A stretch of DNA of 64,000 bases from Blastocatellia bacterium (GTDB lineage Bacteria; Acidobacteriota; Blastocatellia; UBA7656), in NCBI GenBank assembly GCA_963765495.1, contig CAVXWP010000002.1, positions 448,001 through 512,000 on the forward strand, written 5' to 3'. The notes below the pieces were generated by a model that worked only from the letters and a program-made list of their open reading frames with translations, ran no database searches and was not told where the DNA came from. Both the position numbers and the translations under genes were made by a program. Position 1 is the stretch's first letter. Each line of letters starts with the position of its first letter. Shown in pieces: positions 10,082 to 20,702 of the stretch.

Positions 10082-11149
10082 TTCCTTTGTTTCTCTGTTT
10101 TCCAGAACATCAATGATGGCCTGCACGGTTCGCCCGGCCATTCCCGTATCGGGGTCTTCGGAAAGACGGCTCTCTCGCGTGCCCGATGCGAAGTGATGAA
10201 AGAGACGCAGCCGGTCTCTTAATCTCGGGTCGCGCAGCGGGCTTTCCGACGGCAGAGGCTCTTTCTCAAATACGTCAAGCGCCGCGCCGGCTATAGAGTC
10301 GTTCAACAATGCTTCGTATAAAGCGCCTTCATCCACTACCGGGCCGCGCGAGGTGTTAATCAAATAGGCTGTCGGCTTCATACGGTTGAAAACTTCCGCA
10401 TCTATAAGGTGATGGGTAGGCGCATCATTTTGACCGGGCATTATCAAAGGCACATGCAGGCTCACGAAATCGGCTCGCTCAATGGCTTTATCAAACGACA
10501 TGTACGCTACAGTGCGCCGCTTGCGTGAAAAGCCCGCTTCAAATCTCAACTGCATCTCGCGGTCGGCGAATTCGACAAATTTCTCATCCCGCCTTCGAGG
10601 GCTGTAGAGCAGCAGGTCCATGTCGAGTCCGATGCATTTTCGCGCAAATGCTTTCCCGATTCGCCCCGCGCCTATGACCGCGACGGTCTTCCCCGTCACC
10701 TCGTCTCCGAGGAAGGGGTGGAAGGGGTGCCACGCGCCCCAGCGATTCTCTTCAACCAGCTTCTCCGAAGAGTAAAGCTTGCGAGAGAGCGCGCCTAGCA
10801 TAAACAGAGCAAATTCCGCCGTGGCTTCTGTCAACACATCAGGCGTATTGGTAAAGGGTATCCCGTAACGATTGGCTGCCTCGCGGTCGATGTTGTCAAC
10901 TCCTACGGCGTATTGCGCGACCACGCGCAAAGTGCTCGCTCCTGCTGCAAAGACCTCTTCATCGATCTGATCGCGCAATGTCGTTATGAGCCCGTCAATA
11001 CCGCTTCTCACTTTTTCGATGATCAGAGATTTCGGCGGCGCTTCCCTCTGCGGATAAACCTCAACCGAATACCCGCGCTCTCGCAATCGACCGAGCGCAT
11101 CACCTATATCTGCGGTCGCATAGATTTGAATTTTTCCCTTCATAACCAT
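10061..11149 (-). CDS. D-isomer-specific 2-hydroxyacid dehydrogenase (glyoxylate/D-glycerate type)
   Basis: AVGVDNID, TNTPDVLTEATAE, GAGRIG Rossmann motif, INTSRGPVVDE, ALDVFEKEP. Confidence 0.93.
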   Translation of the reverse strand: MVMKGKIQIYATADIGDALGRLRERGYSVEVYPQREAPPKSLIIEKVRSGIDGLITTLRDQIDEEVFAAGASTLRVVAQYAVGVDNIDREAANRYGIPFTNTPDVLTEATAEFALFMLGALSRKLYSSEKLVEENRWGAWHPFHPFLGDEVTGKTVAVIGAGRIGKAFARKCIGLDMDLLLYSPRRRDEKFVEFADREMQLRFEAGFSRKRRTVAYMSFDKAIERADFVSLHVPLIMPGQNDAPTHHLIDAEVFNRMKPTAYLINTSRGPVVDEGALYEALLNDSIAGAALDVFEKEPLPSESPLRDPRLRDRLRLFHHFASGTRESRLSEDPDTGMAGRTVQAIIDVLENRETKEGMRDEG

Positions 11150-11303
11150 CTCCGCAAGCTTTCAATCAATTCGTGCCTACATCTTGAACTCCGTCCGAAT
11201 CGGGCGCAAGTGCGATTGCCGCCTGATGACAAGATATAGTTGGAGGTCAACCGAGCATCGCTATTAGTTGTGCAATTTTCTATCTCCTCGAATCACTTTT
11301 TTC

Positions 11304-11332
11304 TTGACACGAAAGCAGATAAATCTTACTAT
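11304..11332 (+). promoter_or_regulatory. sigma70 promoter
   Basis: TTGACA(11304)-17nt-TACTAT(11327). Confidence 0.8.
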
Positions 11333-11338
11333 GCCGGT

Positions 11339-11597
11339 AACACCGGAAAGGAGGTGGTCCAAAGCAATGATAAGTTTCAGACCAGGTGAGGTGGCTGAGG
11401 CCTGAGCGTGGCCAGCCGCATGCGTGCGGCCTACGGAGGAGAAATCCTCTTATCTTATTATTCTTTCGCTGAAAGCAGGATCAGCACGCTCATTCCAGTA
11501 TTTGCGGATAGGCTACGGGCCAATCCCAACAGTCCACCGCAAGCCCCGACGTAGAGCATCGGTTCAATCCGGGTAGCCGCGTCGGGGCTTGTTTCTT
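11339..11597 (+). ncRNA. Candidate structured sRNA or dual-function RNA containing a 12-codon ORF (11367-11405, MISFRPGEVAEA)
   Basis: Promoter upstream; extended SD GAAAGGAGGTGGTCCA; internal stems (TGAGCGTG/CACGCTCA, GCCGCA/TGCGGC); terminal hairpin followed by a T-rich run. Confidence 0.55.
11540..11597 (+). terminator. Hairpin CAAGCCCCGACG...CGTCGGGGCTTG followed by TTTCTT
   Basis: 12-bp inverted repeat with a T-rich tail. Confidence 0.6.
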
Positions 11598-11753
11598 CTA
11601 TAAGGCAACCCGACACGTATCACCATTCATCGTCATTTTCGTCGGAAGTTTTCTCAAAAACCGGCTTGCCCTGATCTATTGGGCAAGGTAAAGTAGCTTC
11701 GGACAACATCCCGCGCATTTTCGTGATTAAACACTTTTTCGGAGGTCTTCTTA

Positions 11754-14321
11754 ATGTCATCTGAAACCGCTGATGGTTCCAATCGGGTTGCCACTACAAA
11801 CGAATACCCGGATATGGTTGGAGCCAAGCCTGAAAACCCCTTCCTCGCGACATTTCGCCCTTACATCCCGGCCGGAACCACGATTAGAGAGTTGACCATA
11901 CTCCCATTGATCATAGGCACGCTCTTAGGGATAGTATTCGGGGCTTCGTCGTTGTATCTGGTTTTGAAAGTCGGCTTGACTGTGAGCGCTTCAATTCCCG
12001 TAGCGGTCATTTCGATAACGCTGTTTCGCCTGCTTTCAACAGTGGGGTTCAGAAATGCTACGATCCTTGAAAACAACATAGTCCAGACGGCAGGCTCGGC
12101 GGGCGAGTCCATCGCTTTTGGCGTGGGTGTAACGATGCCCGCCATCATGATTTTGGGATTCGATCTGGAATTCACTCGCGTGATGCTTGTCGCCGTGCTT
12201 GGTGGGCTGCTCGGAATTCTGATGATGATCCCGCTGCGCCGCGCCCTGATTGTCCAGCAACACGGTCTGTTGAAGTACCCGGAAGGAACAGCCTGCGCCG
12301 AGGTCTTGAAGGCCGGAGCCTCGGAGGAATCGCGCGCCGCCGCATCCGAAGAGGCGAAGGCTCAATGGGCCGAGGCGGGCGAAGGCTCGCAGATCGGCGC
12401 GAAGACCATCTTCACGGGATTTGGCATCGGCTTTATTTATCAGGTAGCGATGGTGGCCCTCAAAGCCTGGAAAGATGTCCCCGAAAAGATATTCGGCGCG
12501 CCTTTCAAGGCCGGGTCCATCGCGGCAGAAATTTCCCCGACCCTGCTCGGCGTAGGCTATATAATCGGGCCTCGCATCTCTTCGATCATGTGCGCGGGCG
12601 GCGTGCTGGCTTACCTTGTGCTGATCCCCGCGATCAAATTTTTCGGCGAAGGTATGACCGGCGTAGTTCCACCCGGAACCATGCCGATAAGCGAGATGGG
12701 GCCTAACGAAATTCGCGGCGCTTATGTGCTCTACATCGGCGCGGGCGCAGTCGCCGCGGGCGGAATCATCAGCCTCTTTCGATCACTTCCCACTATCTGG
12801 CACGGACTCAAAGGCGGCCTCAGCGATCTGAGGGGAGGACAGGCGGCGACCGATGCCGCGCCTCGAACCGATCAGGATATTTCGATGAAGTGGGTCATCG
12901 GCGGCATCATCGCGCTTGTCATATCGATAATGCTTGCTCGATCACTTCATATGAACTTTCTGGGCGCGGTAATGATAGTGGCTTTTGGATTTCTGTTTGT
13001 TACCGTCTCAAGCCGTTTGACCGGCGAGATCGGCTCATCGTCGAACCCGATTTCGGGAATGACGGTCGCTACCCTGCTTTTGACCTGTTTGATCTTTCTG
13101 GTGATCGGGTGGACCGGGCCGCTTTATTACGTCACAGCCCTTTCCGTTGGCGCGATAGTCTGCATAGCCGCATCCAACGGGGGCACCACGTCACAGGATT
13201 TAAAGACGGGCTTTCTGGTCGGAGCCACACCCAGGTATCAGCAGATCGCCATTCTTATAGGCGCGCTCGGATCGGCTCTTGTCCTCGGACCGATTCTGCT
13301 TAATCTCAACAGCGCCTCTACGGTCTTTGTGCCGCGCACCACCTTCGAGCAGGCAACAAAGGTTGAGGGTCAGATCGATCAGGCCAGACTTTCAACTCTT
13401 CCACCTTATACGGGAGATTTCAAACCCGACCAGCCGGGCAATTACCGGCTCTTGAGCTACGCGGCAGGCGAAGCGACTGCTCCTCCCGTGCCCGGGCTTG
13501 AGCCGGGCGATTATCTCGTCAACCAGACGGGGCAGGTCGTCTACAAAGTGCAGCACACGTTCCCCGAGGAGCTTCGCGCTCCTCAGGGACTGCAACAGAC
13601 CGAGAAACTCGAAGGGCCACAGGCTCAGACCGACACCAATACATACTTTGTATGGCAAAAGACCGATAGCGAAGGCGGACCCGAAGGCCGGTATCTGGTC
13701 AACAATCAGGGCGTGCCTGTGTATCTGGTTGATCCGGGCATCAACGGAACGCACAGGACCAGACCCGACGGAACCTCGGTGAATAAATTCGACGCGCCAA
13801 AGGCTACTTTGATGTCATACATCATCAAGGGGATTCTCAACCGCCAGTTGCCCTGGGGGCTTGTATTGCTGGGCGTAATGATTGCGATAGTGCTTGAAAT
13901 GTCGGGCATTCCGTCTCTGGCCTTTGCCGTCGGAGTCTATCTGCCGCTCTCTTCCTCAAGCCCGATCCTGATAGGCGGATTTGTGCGGTGGCTCGTCGAC
14001 ATCGGCCTGAGAAAGAAGTTCAAAGACAAAAACCTGACCGAAGAAGAGTTCGTGGCCGAAACAGACAAAAGCCCCGGCGTGCTGATGGCATCAGGCTACA
14101 TCGCGGGCGGCGCGATAGCCGGTATAGTTATAGCTTTTATGGCCGGGATACTGACAAACGCAAACAAGTCTATCGAAGACTGGGCCGGGGCGAACAATCC
14201 GTTTTTCTCAGGGCCCAATGCCAACCTGCTGTCGATGATCCCCTTCATCATATTGACCGTAGTGCTTTACATGGTAGGCCGTGAATGGCTTTTGGCGGGT
14301 AAGCCGCAGAAGGCGAAATAA
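11754..14321 (+). CDS. OPT family oligopeptide transporter
   Basis: [65 protein letters not shown]. Confidence 0.96.
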   Translation: MSSETADGSNRVATTNEYPDMVGAKPENPFLATFRPYIPAGTTIRELTILPLIIGTLLGIVFGASSLYLVLKVGLTVSASIPVAVISITLFRLLSTVGFRNATILENNIVQTAGSAGESIAFGVGVTMPAIMILGFDLEFTRVMLVAVLGGLLGILMMIPLRRALIVQQHGLLKYPEGTACAEVLKAGASEESRAAASEEAKAQWAEAGEGSQIGAKTIFTGFGIGFIYQVAMVALKAWKDVPEKIFGAPFKAGSIAAEISPTLLGVGYIIGPRISSIMCAGGVLAYLVLIPAIKFFGEGMTGVVPPGTMPISEMGPNEIRGAYVLYIGAGAVAAGGIISLFRSLPTIWHGLKGGLSDLRGGQAATDAAPRTDQDISMKWVIGGIIALVISIMLARSLHMNFLGAVMIVAFGFLFVTVSSRLTGEIGSSSNPISGMTVATLLLTCLIFLVIGWTGPLYYVTALSVGAIVCIAASNGGTTSQDLKTGFLVGATPRYQQIAILIGALGSALVLGPILLNLNSASTVFVPRTTFEQATKVEGQIDQARLSTLPPYTGDFKPDQPGNYRLLSYAAGEATAPPVPGLEPGDYLVNQTGQVVYKVQHTFPEELRAPQGLQQTEKLEGPQAQTDTNTYFVWQKTDSEGGPEGRYLVNNQGVPVYLVDPGINGTHRTRPDGTSVNKFDAPKATLMSYIIKGILNRQLPWGLVLLGVMIAIVLEMSGIPSLAFAVGVYLPLSSSSPILIGGFVRWLVDIGLRKKFKDKNLTEEEFVAETDKSPGVLMASGYIAGGAIAGIVIAFMAGILTNANKSIEDWAGANNPFFSGPNANLLSMIPFIILTVVLYMVGREWLLAGKPQKAK

Positions 14322-14409
14322 TGCGTGATGCGTGATGCGTGACTTTCAGGCAGTTTGCTTTTAATTGATGATTGCCTATTTTCACGCATTACGCATTACG
14401 CATCACACA
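14321..14409. repeat. Inverted heptamer array (TGCGTGA)x3 ... (TYACGCA)x3-4
   Basis: Lies between two convergent stop codons. Confidence 0.92.
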
Positions 14410-14414
14410 GAAAT

Positions 14415-14822
14415 TCATTGATCTCTTCGCCTGTTTTCGCGGGCTTTTTTGAGTTTCTTCAAAAACTTCCTCAACGACTTTCCGGTTCTCACACCGCGTT
14501 CGATACCCTGCTCCACCTCGTCAATGATATCCGGCTGCGGCGCGGGCTCTACAGGACGGGCTCTGGCCTCCGGCTCAACCTGCGGCTGTGACGTGTTTTC
14601 GTTTTGAACGGGTGGGACGGGGGGTTCATACGGTTTCGTTTGTACCTCAGATGTCGGAGTCGAAGGCGATATAATCGAGCCCAGCCCGATGCCTCCCAGC
14701 CACCCGGCTCCCAGCCCCAGGGCGGCGATGATGACCATCGCTATTATCCTGATAACCCACTGCGTTTCTCTTTCCAGTTTTATGGGTTCGACCTCTTGTT
14801 TTTTTGTAGTCCATCTCGCCAT
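14415..14822 (-). CDS. Hypothetical single-TM protein with a Pro-rich linker and basic C-terminus
   Basis: One hydrophobic helix, P/E/Q-rich region; sigma54-like promoter upstream. Confidence 0.7.
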   Translation of the reverse strand: MARWTTKKQEVEPIKLERETQWVIRIIAMVIIAALGLGAGWLGGIGLGSIISPSTPTSEVQTKPYEPPVPPVQNENTSQPQVEPEARARPVEPAPQPDIIDEVEQGIERGVRTGKSLRKFLKKLKKARENRRRDQ

Positions 14823-14860
14823 AGCAGTCTCTATCTTTAAAAGTATGCCCTGTTAAACGT

Positions 14861-14876
14861 TGCAACGAGCGTGCCC
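14861..14876 (-). promoter_or_regulatory. sigma54 (-24/-12) promoter
   Basis: Minus strand GGGCACGCTCGTTGCA versus consensus TGGCACG-N4-TTGCW, with correct GG/GC spacing. Confidence 0.65.
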
Positions 14877-14992
14877 GTGCAGGGCTACGAAAAGCGTTCA
14901 AATTCAGCGCACACGCTCGCCGTAAATGACGGGTTCTCGTACAAACCTATGCTTCAATGAGGGCAACCCGGGGGCAGTTGAGGCTTTCGGAA

Positions 14993-16537
14993 TCAGACCT
15001 GGACGGTCAATGAATCGCCTCGTTTCTGGAGCGTGTGACCGCGATAATGCTCGTTGTCCCGATCAGGGTAATCGCTGCGATAGTGCGCGCCGCGCGATTC
15101 GCGTCTTTCAAGCGCGGCCTTGGCAACAAGGCGCGCAAGCGTGACAAAATTCCACGACCTCGTATTGAGCGGGCGCGCTCCTATCTCTTCAAGAGAGACA
15201 AGCGCCTCTTTCAACGAGCCTTCGTCACGCACTATACCAACATTATCCCACATGATTCGTTTGACTTCGGCGCGAGTCCCGTCATCAATTCGCCAATCGG
15301 CCTCCGCGCCATAATCCCAATCGGGGGGTTCGGCTTTTACGATTTCCGAGGGGGCTTCTTTGGAGGCGGTTTCGCCTGCGCGCGCCCCAAAGACAAGACC
15401 TTCGAGCAACGAATTCGACGCAAGGCGATTTGCTCCGTGAACACCCGTGCACGCGACTTCGCCTGCGGCGTAGAGACCCGCAATCGACGTACGCCCAAAG
15501 GTATCGGTGCGGACGCCGCCCATTGTGTAGTGCGCCGCGGGGCTTACCGGGATCAGATCGCGTGAGATGTCTACGTTATACAGCAGGCAGGTGTTATAGA
15601 TTTTCGGGAAACGCTCTCTGACAAATTCACGGTCAAGGCTCCGCATATCGAGCCAGACATGATCGGCAGCGGTTCGCTGCATCTCAAAGTGAATCGAGCG
15701 GCTGACTATGTCACGAGGCGCAAGCTCGGCCCTCTCATCATAGCCGGTCATAAATCGCTCGCCCAGGTCATTGATCAGGATTCCGCCCTCTCCGCGCATC
15801 GCCTCCGACAACAGAAAACGCGGAGCGCCCCGCACGGCAAGCGCCGTGGGATGGAATTGAATAAACTCCATATCGGCTATCACGGCTCCGGCTCTGTAGG
15901 CCATCGCCTGCCCGTCTCCGGTCGCCACATCGGGGTTGGTAGTGTGATGGTAAAGCTGACCCGCGCCTCCCGTTGCAAGCACGACCGCGCGGCTATAGAG
16001 AGCGCAGATTCGATAATTTTTCGGTTCGACGTAAGTGACTCCTACGCACTGTCCATCGCTTACGATGAGAGATTGCGTGCAGGCGTGCGGCAGGTATTCG
16101 ATGTTCGAGTAAAGTTTTGACCAGGCTACGAGGGCACGCACTATCTCGCGGCCCGTAGCATCGCCGCGTGAATGAAGGATACGTGAGCGCGAATGCGCCG
16201 CCTCTCGCGTAAAGGCAAGGTGGTCTCCTGCGCGATCAAACTCCGCTCCGTGCTCGATCAACTCGATGATGTAGCGCGGCCCTTCTTCAACAAGCGTGTG
16301 AACCGCCTCTTCGTCGCAGAGTCCCGCCCCGGCATCAATGGTATCCTGAAAATGGAGGTCGATATTATCGTCATCGCTCAGGACCACGGCGACGCCTCCC
16401 TGAGCATATTCCGTGTTCGATTCTGTAATTTGATCTTTGGTCAGCACGGTGACGCGCCCAAAGGGCGCAAGCGCCACGGCTGCGCGCAGACCCGCGATCC
16501 CGCTCCCCACTACGATGAAATCTGTTTGATCTGGCAT
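14993..16537 (-). CDS. nadB: L-aspartate oxidase
   Basis: GSGIAG, SNTEYAQGG, EAAHSRSRILH, QFHPT, SEAMRGEG, HGANRLASNSLLE, ESRGAHYR. Confidence 0.97.
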   Translation of the reverse strand: MPDQTDFIVVGSGIAGLRAAVALAPFGRVTVLTKDQITESNTEYAQGGVAVVLSDDDNIDLHFQDTIDAGAGLCDEEAVHTLVEEGPRYIIELIEHGAEFDRAGDHLAFTREAAHSRSRILHSRGDATGREIVRALVAWSKLYSNIEYLPHACTQSLIVSDGQCVGVTYVEPKNYRICALYSRAVVLATGGAGQLYHHTTNPDVATGDGQAMAYRAGAVIADMEFIQFHPTALAVRGAPRFLLSEAMRGEGGILINDLGERFMTGYDERAELAPRDIVSRSIHFEMQRTAADHVWLDMRSLDREFVRERFPKIYNTCLLYNVDISRDLIPVSPAAHYTMGGVRTDTFGRTSIAGLYAAGEVACTGVHGANRLASNSLLEGLVFGARAGETASKEAPSEIVKAEPPDWDYGAEADWRIDDGTRAEVKRIMWDNVGIVRDEGSLKEALVSLEEIGARPLNTRSWNFVTLARLVAKAALERRESRGAHYRSDYPDRDNEHYRGHTLQKRGDSLTVQV

Positions 16538-16590
16538 GACTATCTAGGATTTTAGCAAGCCTACCGACTCGCCACAATAGACTGTTTCTA

Positions 16591-16671
16591 ATGCGTGGCG
16601 CGTGATTCGTGATTCGTGAAAAAGGCAATTACCAATTATCAGCCAATCGTCTGAAGGTCACGCATCACGTT
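16591..16671. repeat. Inverted heptamer array (YKCGTGA)n ... (TCACGCA)n
   Basis: Read directly; abuts the stop of the TonB-receptor gene. Confidence 0.85.
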
Positions 16672-16672
16672 T

Positions 16673-19600
16673 TCAGAAGATCAGCTTGAGGGCGAGCCTT
16701 ATGCGGCGCGGGGAGGCATCGGTTTCGCCGGAATCGAGAAAACCGAAGCCCCCGGCGTTTTCAAGTACGAAATTCGGTTTCTCTCGATTCGGATGATTGA
16801 ACAGATTGAAGAATTCGGCGCGGAATTGAAGCGAAACTTTTTCCGTCAGCTTCGTCATCTTAAGCAACGCGAAATCTACATTAAACAATTGCGGGCCCGT
16901 AAGGCTGTTTCGCTTCACATCGCCAAACGGGCGACCCGCCGCAAAGGTAGGCCCGAATGCATCGGGCGCGAGTCCAAGCGCGCGGGCGGCCTGTTCCACC
17001 GCAAAGTCGTTGTAGATAAATCGGGCTTCGCCAGGTGAGCCGGAGCGAAAACCTGAGCGGTCGGCAATAATGAATCCGGTTGGGCTCATCAGAGGATTGC
17101 CGTCAGGCCCGTTGAAAAAATGAAAATAAGCATTCGCGGCATTCGAAAAGGCTACCCTGTCAACCGGCGCAAGCGGATTGCCTTCGAATGGACGAATCGA
17201 GCCGAGCCGGTCTGAGAAGATCGATGCAAAAAGCGCCGAAGAGCCCGCGCCGTAGCCTGAAAACTGTAACGGGGTAAAAGGCGAACCGCTCGCAAATTCG
17301 AGGATGCCGCTCGCCTGCCAGCCGCCCAGCAATCGGCCCATCGTGCCTGACTGGCCTCGCATCATCGGCAATGTGTAGAGGAAGTGCGTCGTGGCCATAT
17401 GTGTGCGATTCAGGCTGGAAACGGCTCGCTCTCCCGATGAAATATCGAAAGGATTCTGGGCGAATGAAGGCAATCTGACCGATGCGAGCGACGAGGCGCT
17501 GCCAACCCCTCCCGCAATCTGCGCGCTCCCTTCGGGTACATCGTCCATCAGTCTCGACAGCGTGTAGGTCACTCCGCCCACCAGATCATTTCGCAACTGA
17601 AAATCCAATCTTGTTTGCAGGGAGTGATACGTAGACCGACCCGTGCTCTCATATCTCACAAGCGGCCCTGACGTTGTCGTTCCCGTTATATCGGGGTTGC
17701 CGTCTACGGCGCGGATCAAACCAAGGCCGCGAGAGCCTACGTAACGCATCTCAAACTCGACCGCCTCTTTGATTTCGCGGCTGCCCGAAAGATGCCAGAC
17801 GATTGAATAAGGGGTGCGGAAATCACTGGCTATTTCTGCGCGGGCAAAATTGCGCGGGTCTCCCGAGAGGAGCGAACTCAACTCTGCTGCGCCAGGTACG
17901 CGGGGGAAATCTGAAAGCCCGCCCCGTTCAGGAGTCAGAACGCCGAATAAAACGTTTGGAGCGGTGCGGGCAAATTCGGCCAGAGGCAGATAGGCCGGGC
18001 GGTCGTAGGAAACGCTCACGCCGCCGCGTATAACAGTTTCATCATAGCCGAACAGATCGCGGTCGAGGATGCGAAAACGTGGAGTGTAGGCGAAGCCAAA
18101 ACGCGGAGCGAAATTGTTATTATCGCTTTTGACTCTGGCAGGAACGCGGACATCAAGCGGCAATCGGGTATCGAACAAGGCGGTATTCGGATTAGCCTCG
18201 CGCTCGCGCAATTGATCTATCAATTCGTTGATCGGCTGGCCGGTGTTTTCATAGCTCAGGCCAAACGACAGAGTCAGGTTGATTCGCGCTCGCCACGTAT
18301 CGTCTATCGAGTAATGCTGATCGGTTTCGGCGAAATGCGAATGGGGATCGCCTACGGCCACGGCGAGCGCCGAAGGACGGCCCGCTATAAAATCATCGAA
18401 GGTTGCAAAGGTGAAATTGCCGCCGAGTCCGGGCAAATAATCGAAGCTCGTAAGTCTGCGGCGCAAGCGCCCGCCGAGCCTTACATTGTGACGGCCCGCT
18501 ATGTGTATCAGATGCTCTGACGCTTCGAAAACATTAGAAGCGTGCGAGGTGTCAAGCCCCGGGTTCTGCCCGTAAGCGAGACCGCGAAAGCCCGGAATCA
18601 CACTCGGCAGCGAGGGTTCGAGTTCGGCTGCTGTTTCCGTGCTCGACTGCGTAAACGCAGGCTCAAGCGAAAGCCTCGCTCGATTGAAACCGAAGCCAAC
18701 TTCGTTTGAGGTGCGGGGCGAGATCATGCGGTTCCATCGCAGGCTTCCAAGCTGCGAGCGCCCGCTGCTGTCGCCAAAATACCCGGCGGCTAACCGCCCC
18801 ACGTTGTTGCTGGAATTGCGACCGTCGTACCAGTAGACGGCCCTTAGCGTATCGCGGCGGGTCAGTATCCAGTCAAACCGCGCGCCCGCTTCGTACCCGT
18901 CCGAGGTTGAAGGCAGGATGCGAGCGATCTCGCCAAATTCTACCGGAACGCCAAGCACAGGCAGAGTGAAGGTTCTGAAGGTCTGTAAAACGCCTGGCTG
19001 ACGGGCGAGGGGGCCACGCATCAGGAGGTCGGCGACTGCGGGCGAGTTCGGGAAGGCGCGGGCCAGGCTTGAAAGCCCTGCCTCTGTGGGCGTCAAAAAG
19101 GCAGAGGTCGAATCGCTGAATCGCCGCGCGGTTTCAGACTCTGCCTGAAACGAGCCGAAGATAAACATCCGGTCGCGTCTGATCGGTCCGCCGAAAGTGC
19201 CGCCGTAAATCGTATCCTTAAATCTGGGCGGCTGCTCCAATCCGCTTCGGCGCTCAAGCGGCGAAAGCGCGCCAAATTTGCTGTTCAAATAGTAATCGAA
19301 TATCGTTCCGTGAAAATTATTAGTGCCGGGACGAGTAATCAGATTGATGCCCGCAGCCCCGGCCGGGCTCACATCGCCCGTGCCGCGCGTAGTAACGATA
19401 TGCAGCGTCTCGACCGCGTCCGGGTTGTTGATAGAGATGGCCGGGCGACCGTCAATATCGTTATTGTCCCTGCCGTCGATAGTAAAATAATTCGACCTCG
19501 CGCGGCCTCCGTTGATCAGAAAATCGAATGCCCGATCGCGCTCGGTCATGGCCGACAGCCGCGCCGAGTGATCGAATGCGCCCGTGACTATGCCGGGAGT

Positions 19601-20191
19601 GAGCCGCGCAAACGCATCTACGGGAGCGAGATTCGGCAGGTCTGTCAACCTCTGTGATTCATAATTGGTCGCCGTGTGTGAAGTGGTTGTATCAATAGCA
19701 GGAGCGATTGATGTCACTATTACGGCTTCGGCAGCGCCTCCGGGAGAGAGCGTGATACCCGTAGCCGCGATCTGGCCCGGCACGATTATTACATTCTGAA
19801 CTACGGTCTTATTAAACCCCGGCGCACCGGCTTCGATAGTGTAGACGCCTTCGGGAAGCCCGACCACGCTATAGCGACCATTCGAATCGGTAGTCATCAT
19901 GCGGATAGCGCCCGTAGCGTTATCTTTAATAGTGACGGTTGCGCCCGATATTACCGCGCCGTTCGGATCGACTACGGTGTTGAGCGCCGGGGCCACAGGT
20001 CCCGTCAGGGTAGACAATCCGCCCTGTTTTGAGCGAAAGCGGTTTGCTTTGGTTTCGCCCGCCTTCCCGGTGTCGGACTTTGTCTGCGCGTTGTCGGGTG
20101 GAGGATCACCGAGACCGCTCATTCCCTGCCCCAGGCCCGGGATAGAAATCAGTATGAGGGCTAAAAAGGTAAACACGACTCTAAGCAACAT
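16673..20191 (-). CDS. TonB-dependent receptor (Oar-like) with a carboxypeptidase-regulatory-like N-domain
   Basis: Signal peptide; DPNGAVISGATV...GVYTIEA; NNFAPRFGFAY; FRAEFFNLFNHPN; C-terminal RIRLALKLIF. Start at 20191 has a GGAGG SD. Confidence 0.93.
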   Translation of the reverse strand: MLLRVVFTFLALILISIPGLGQGMSGLGDPPPDNAQTKSDTGKAGETKANRFRSKQGGLSTLTGPVAPALNTVVDPNGAVISGATVTIKDNATGAIRMMTTDSNGRYSVVGLPEGVYTIEAGAPGFNKTVVQNVIIVPGQIAATGITLSPGGAAEAVIVTSIAPAIDTTTSHTATNYESQRLTDLPNLAPVDAFARLTPGIVTGAFDHSARLSAMTERDRAFDFLINGGRARSNYFTIDGRDNNDIDGRPAISINNPDAVETLHIVTTRGTGDVSPAGAAGINLITRPGTNNFHGTIFDYYLNSKFGALSPLERRSGLEQPPRFKDTIYGGTFGGPIRRDRMFIFGSFQAESETARRFSDSTSAFLTPTEAGLSSLARAFPNSPAVADLLMRGPLARQPGVLQTFRTFTLPVLGVPVEFGEIARILPSTSDGYEAGARFDWILTRRDTLRAVYWYDGRNSSNNVGRLAAGYFGDSSGRSQLGSLRWNRMISPRTSNEVGFGFNRARLSLEPAFTQSSTETAAELEPSLPSVIPGFRGLAYGQNPGLDTSHASNVFEASEHLIHIAGRHNVRLGGRLRRRLTSFDYLPGLGGNFTFATFDDFIAGRPSALAVAVGDPHSHFAETDQHYSIDDTWRARINLTLSFGLSYENTGQPINELIDQLREREANPNTALFDTRLPLDVRVPARVKSDNNNFAPRFGFAYTPRFRILDRDLFGYDETVIRGGVSVSYDRPAYLPLAEFARTAPNVLFGVLTPERGGLSDFPRVPGAAELSSLLSGDPRNFARAEIASDFRTPYSIVWHLSGSREIKEAVEFEMRYVGSRGLGLIRAVDGNPDITGTTTSGPLVRYESTGRSTYHSLQTRLDFQLRNDLVGGVTYTLSRLMDDVPEGSAQIAGGVGSASSLASVRLPSFAQNPFDISSGERAVSSLNRTHMATTHFLYTLPMMRGQSGTMGRLLGGWQASGILEFASGSPFTPLQFSGYGAGSSALFASIFSDRLGSIRPFEGNPLAPVDRVAFSNAANAYFHFFNGPDGNPLMSPTGFIIADRSGFRSGSPGEARFIYNDFAVEQAARALGLAPDAFGPTFAAGRPFGDVKRNSLTGPQLFNVDFALLKMTKLTEKVSLQFRAEFFNLFNHPNREKPNFVLENAGGFGFLDSGETDASPRRIRLALKLIF

Positions 20192-20388
20192 GGCTCCTCC
20201 GTAAATAGCTGGATGAGCTTTCGATTTAAGCATTCGATAGACAGAATGCCCGGCAATTAACGCTCTTGCAAGAAAACTCGAAAAGCGAATGGCATAAGTA
20301 GTCGCTTATCAAGATTATTCAATTTATTGACTTGCAGTCACAATGCGTAAACCATTTTGCAGGTTAGTTTAACCGAAAGGTTTGTGAA

Positions 20389-20490
20389 AATAGGCAGCGG
20401 ATAACGCGGATGCAGCGGATCTACGCGGATATGACAATTTATGATCTAATCCGCGAAAATCCGCTGCATCCGCGTTATCCGCTGCCTATT
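20389..20490. repeat. MITE/REP-like palindrome of nnnGCGGAT 9-mers with AATAG...CTATT ends
   Basis: 32-bp perfect inverted arms at 20389-20420 and 20459-20490. Confidence 0.93.
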
Positions 20491-20702
20491 CTCATTTTCC
20501 CATACTACATTTTGGAAGACTGAACAGTCTTGAGGGTTACAAAAACCTCATAGCGGCTGAAAAATTACTGATGATTTTTCCCCCTCGTTGGTTTATTATT
20601 CCTCTGCCTCCAGTACAATCTAGCCCCATCCGGTTTCAAGTCCCTTTTTTATCAGTTTGCTCCCGTTAAAACTGAACTCATCAGACCAAGTCAGGAGGGC
20701 CG

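Noticed and set aside
11339-11597. tmRNA, riboswitch or type I toxin interpretation
   Set aside because: No tRNA-like ends or ALAA-type tag, no riboswitch consensus I recognise, and the 12-aa peptide is not hydrophobic; kept as an unknown RNA.
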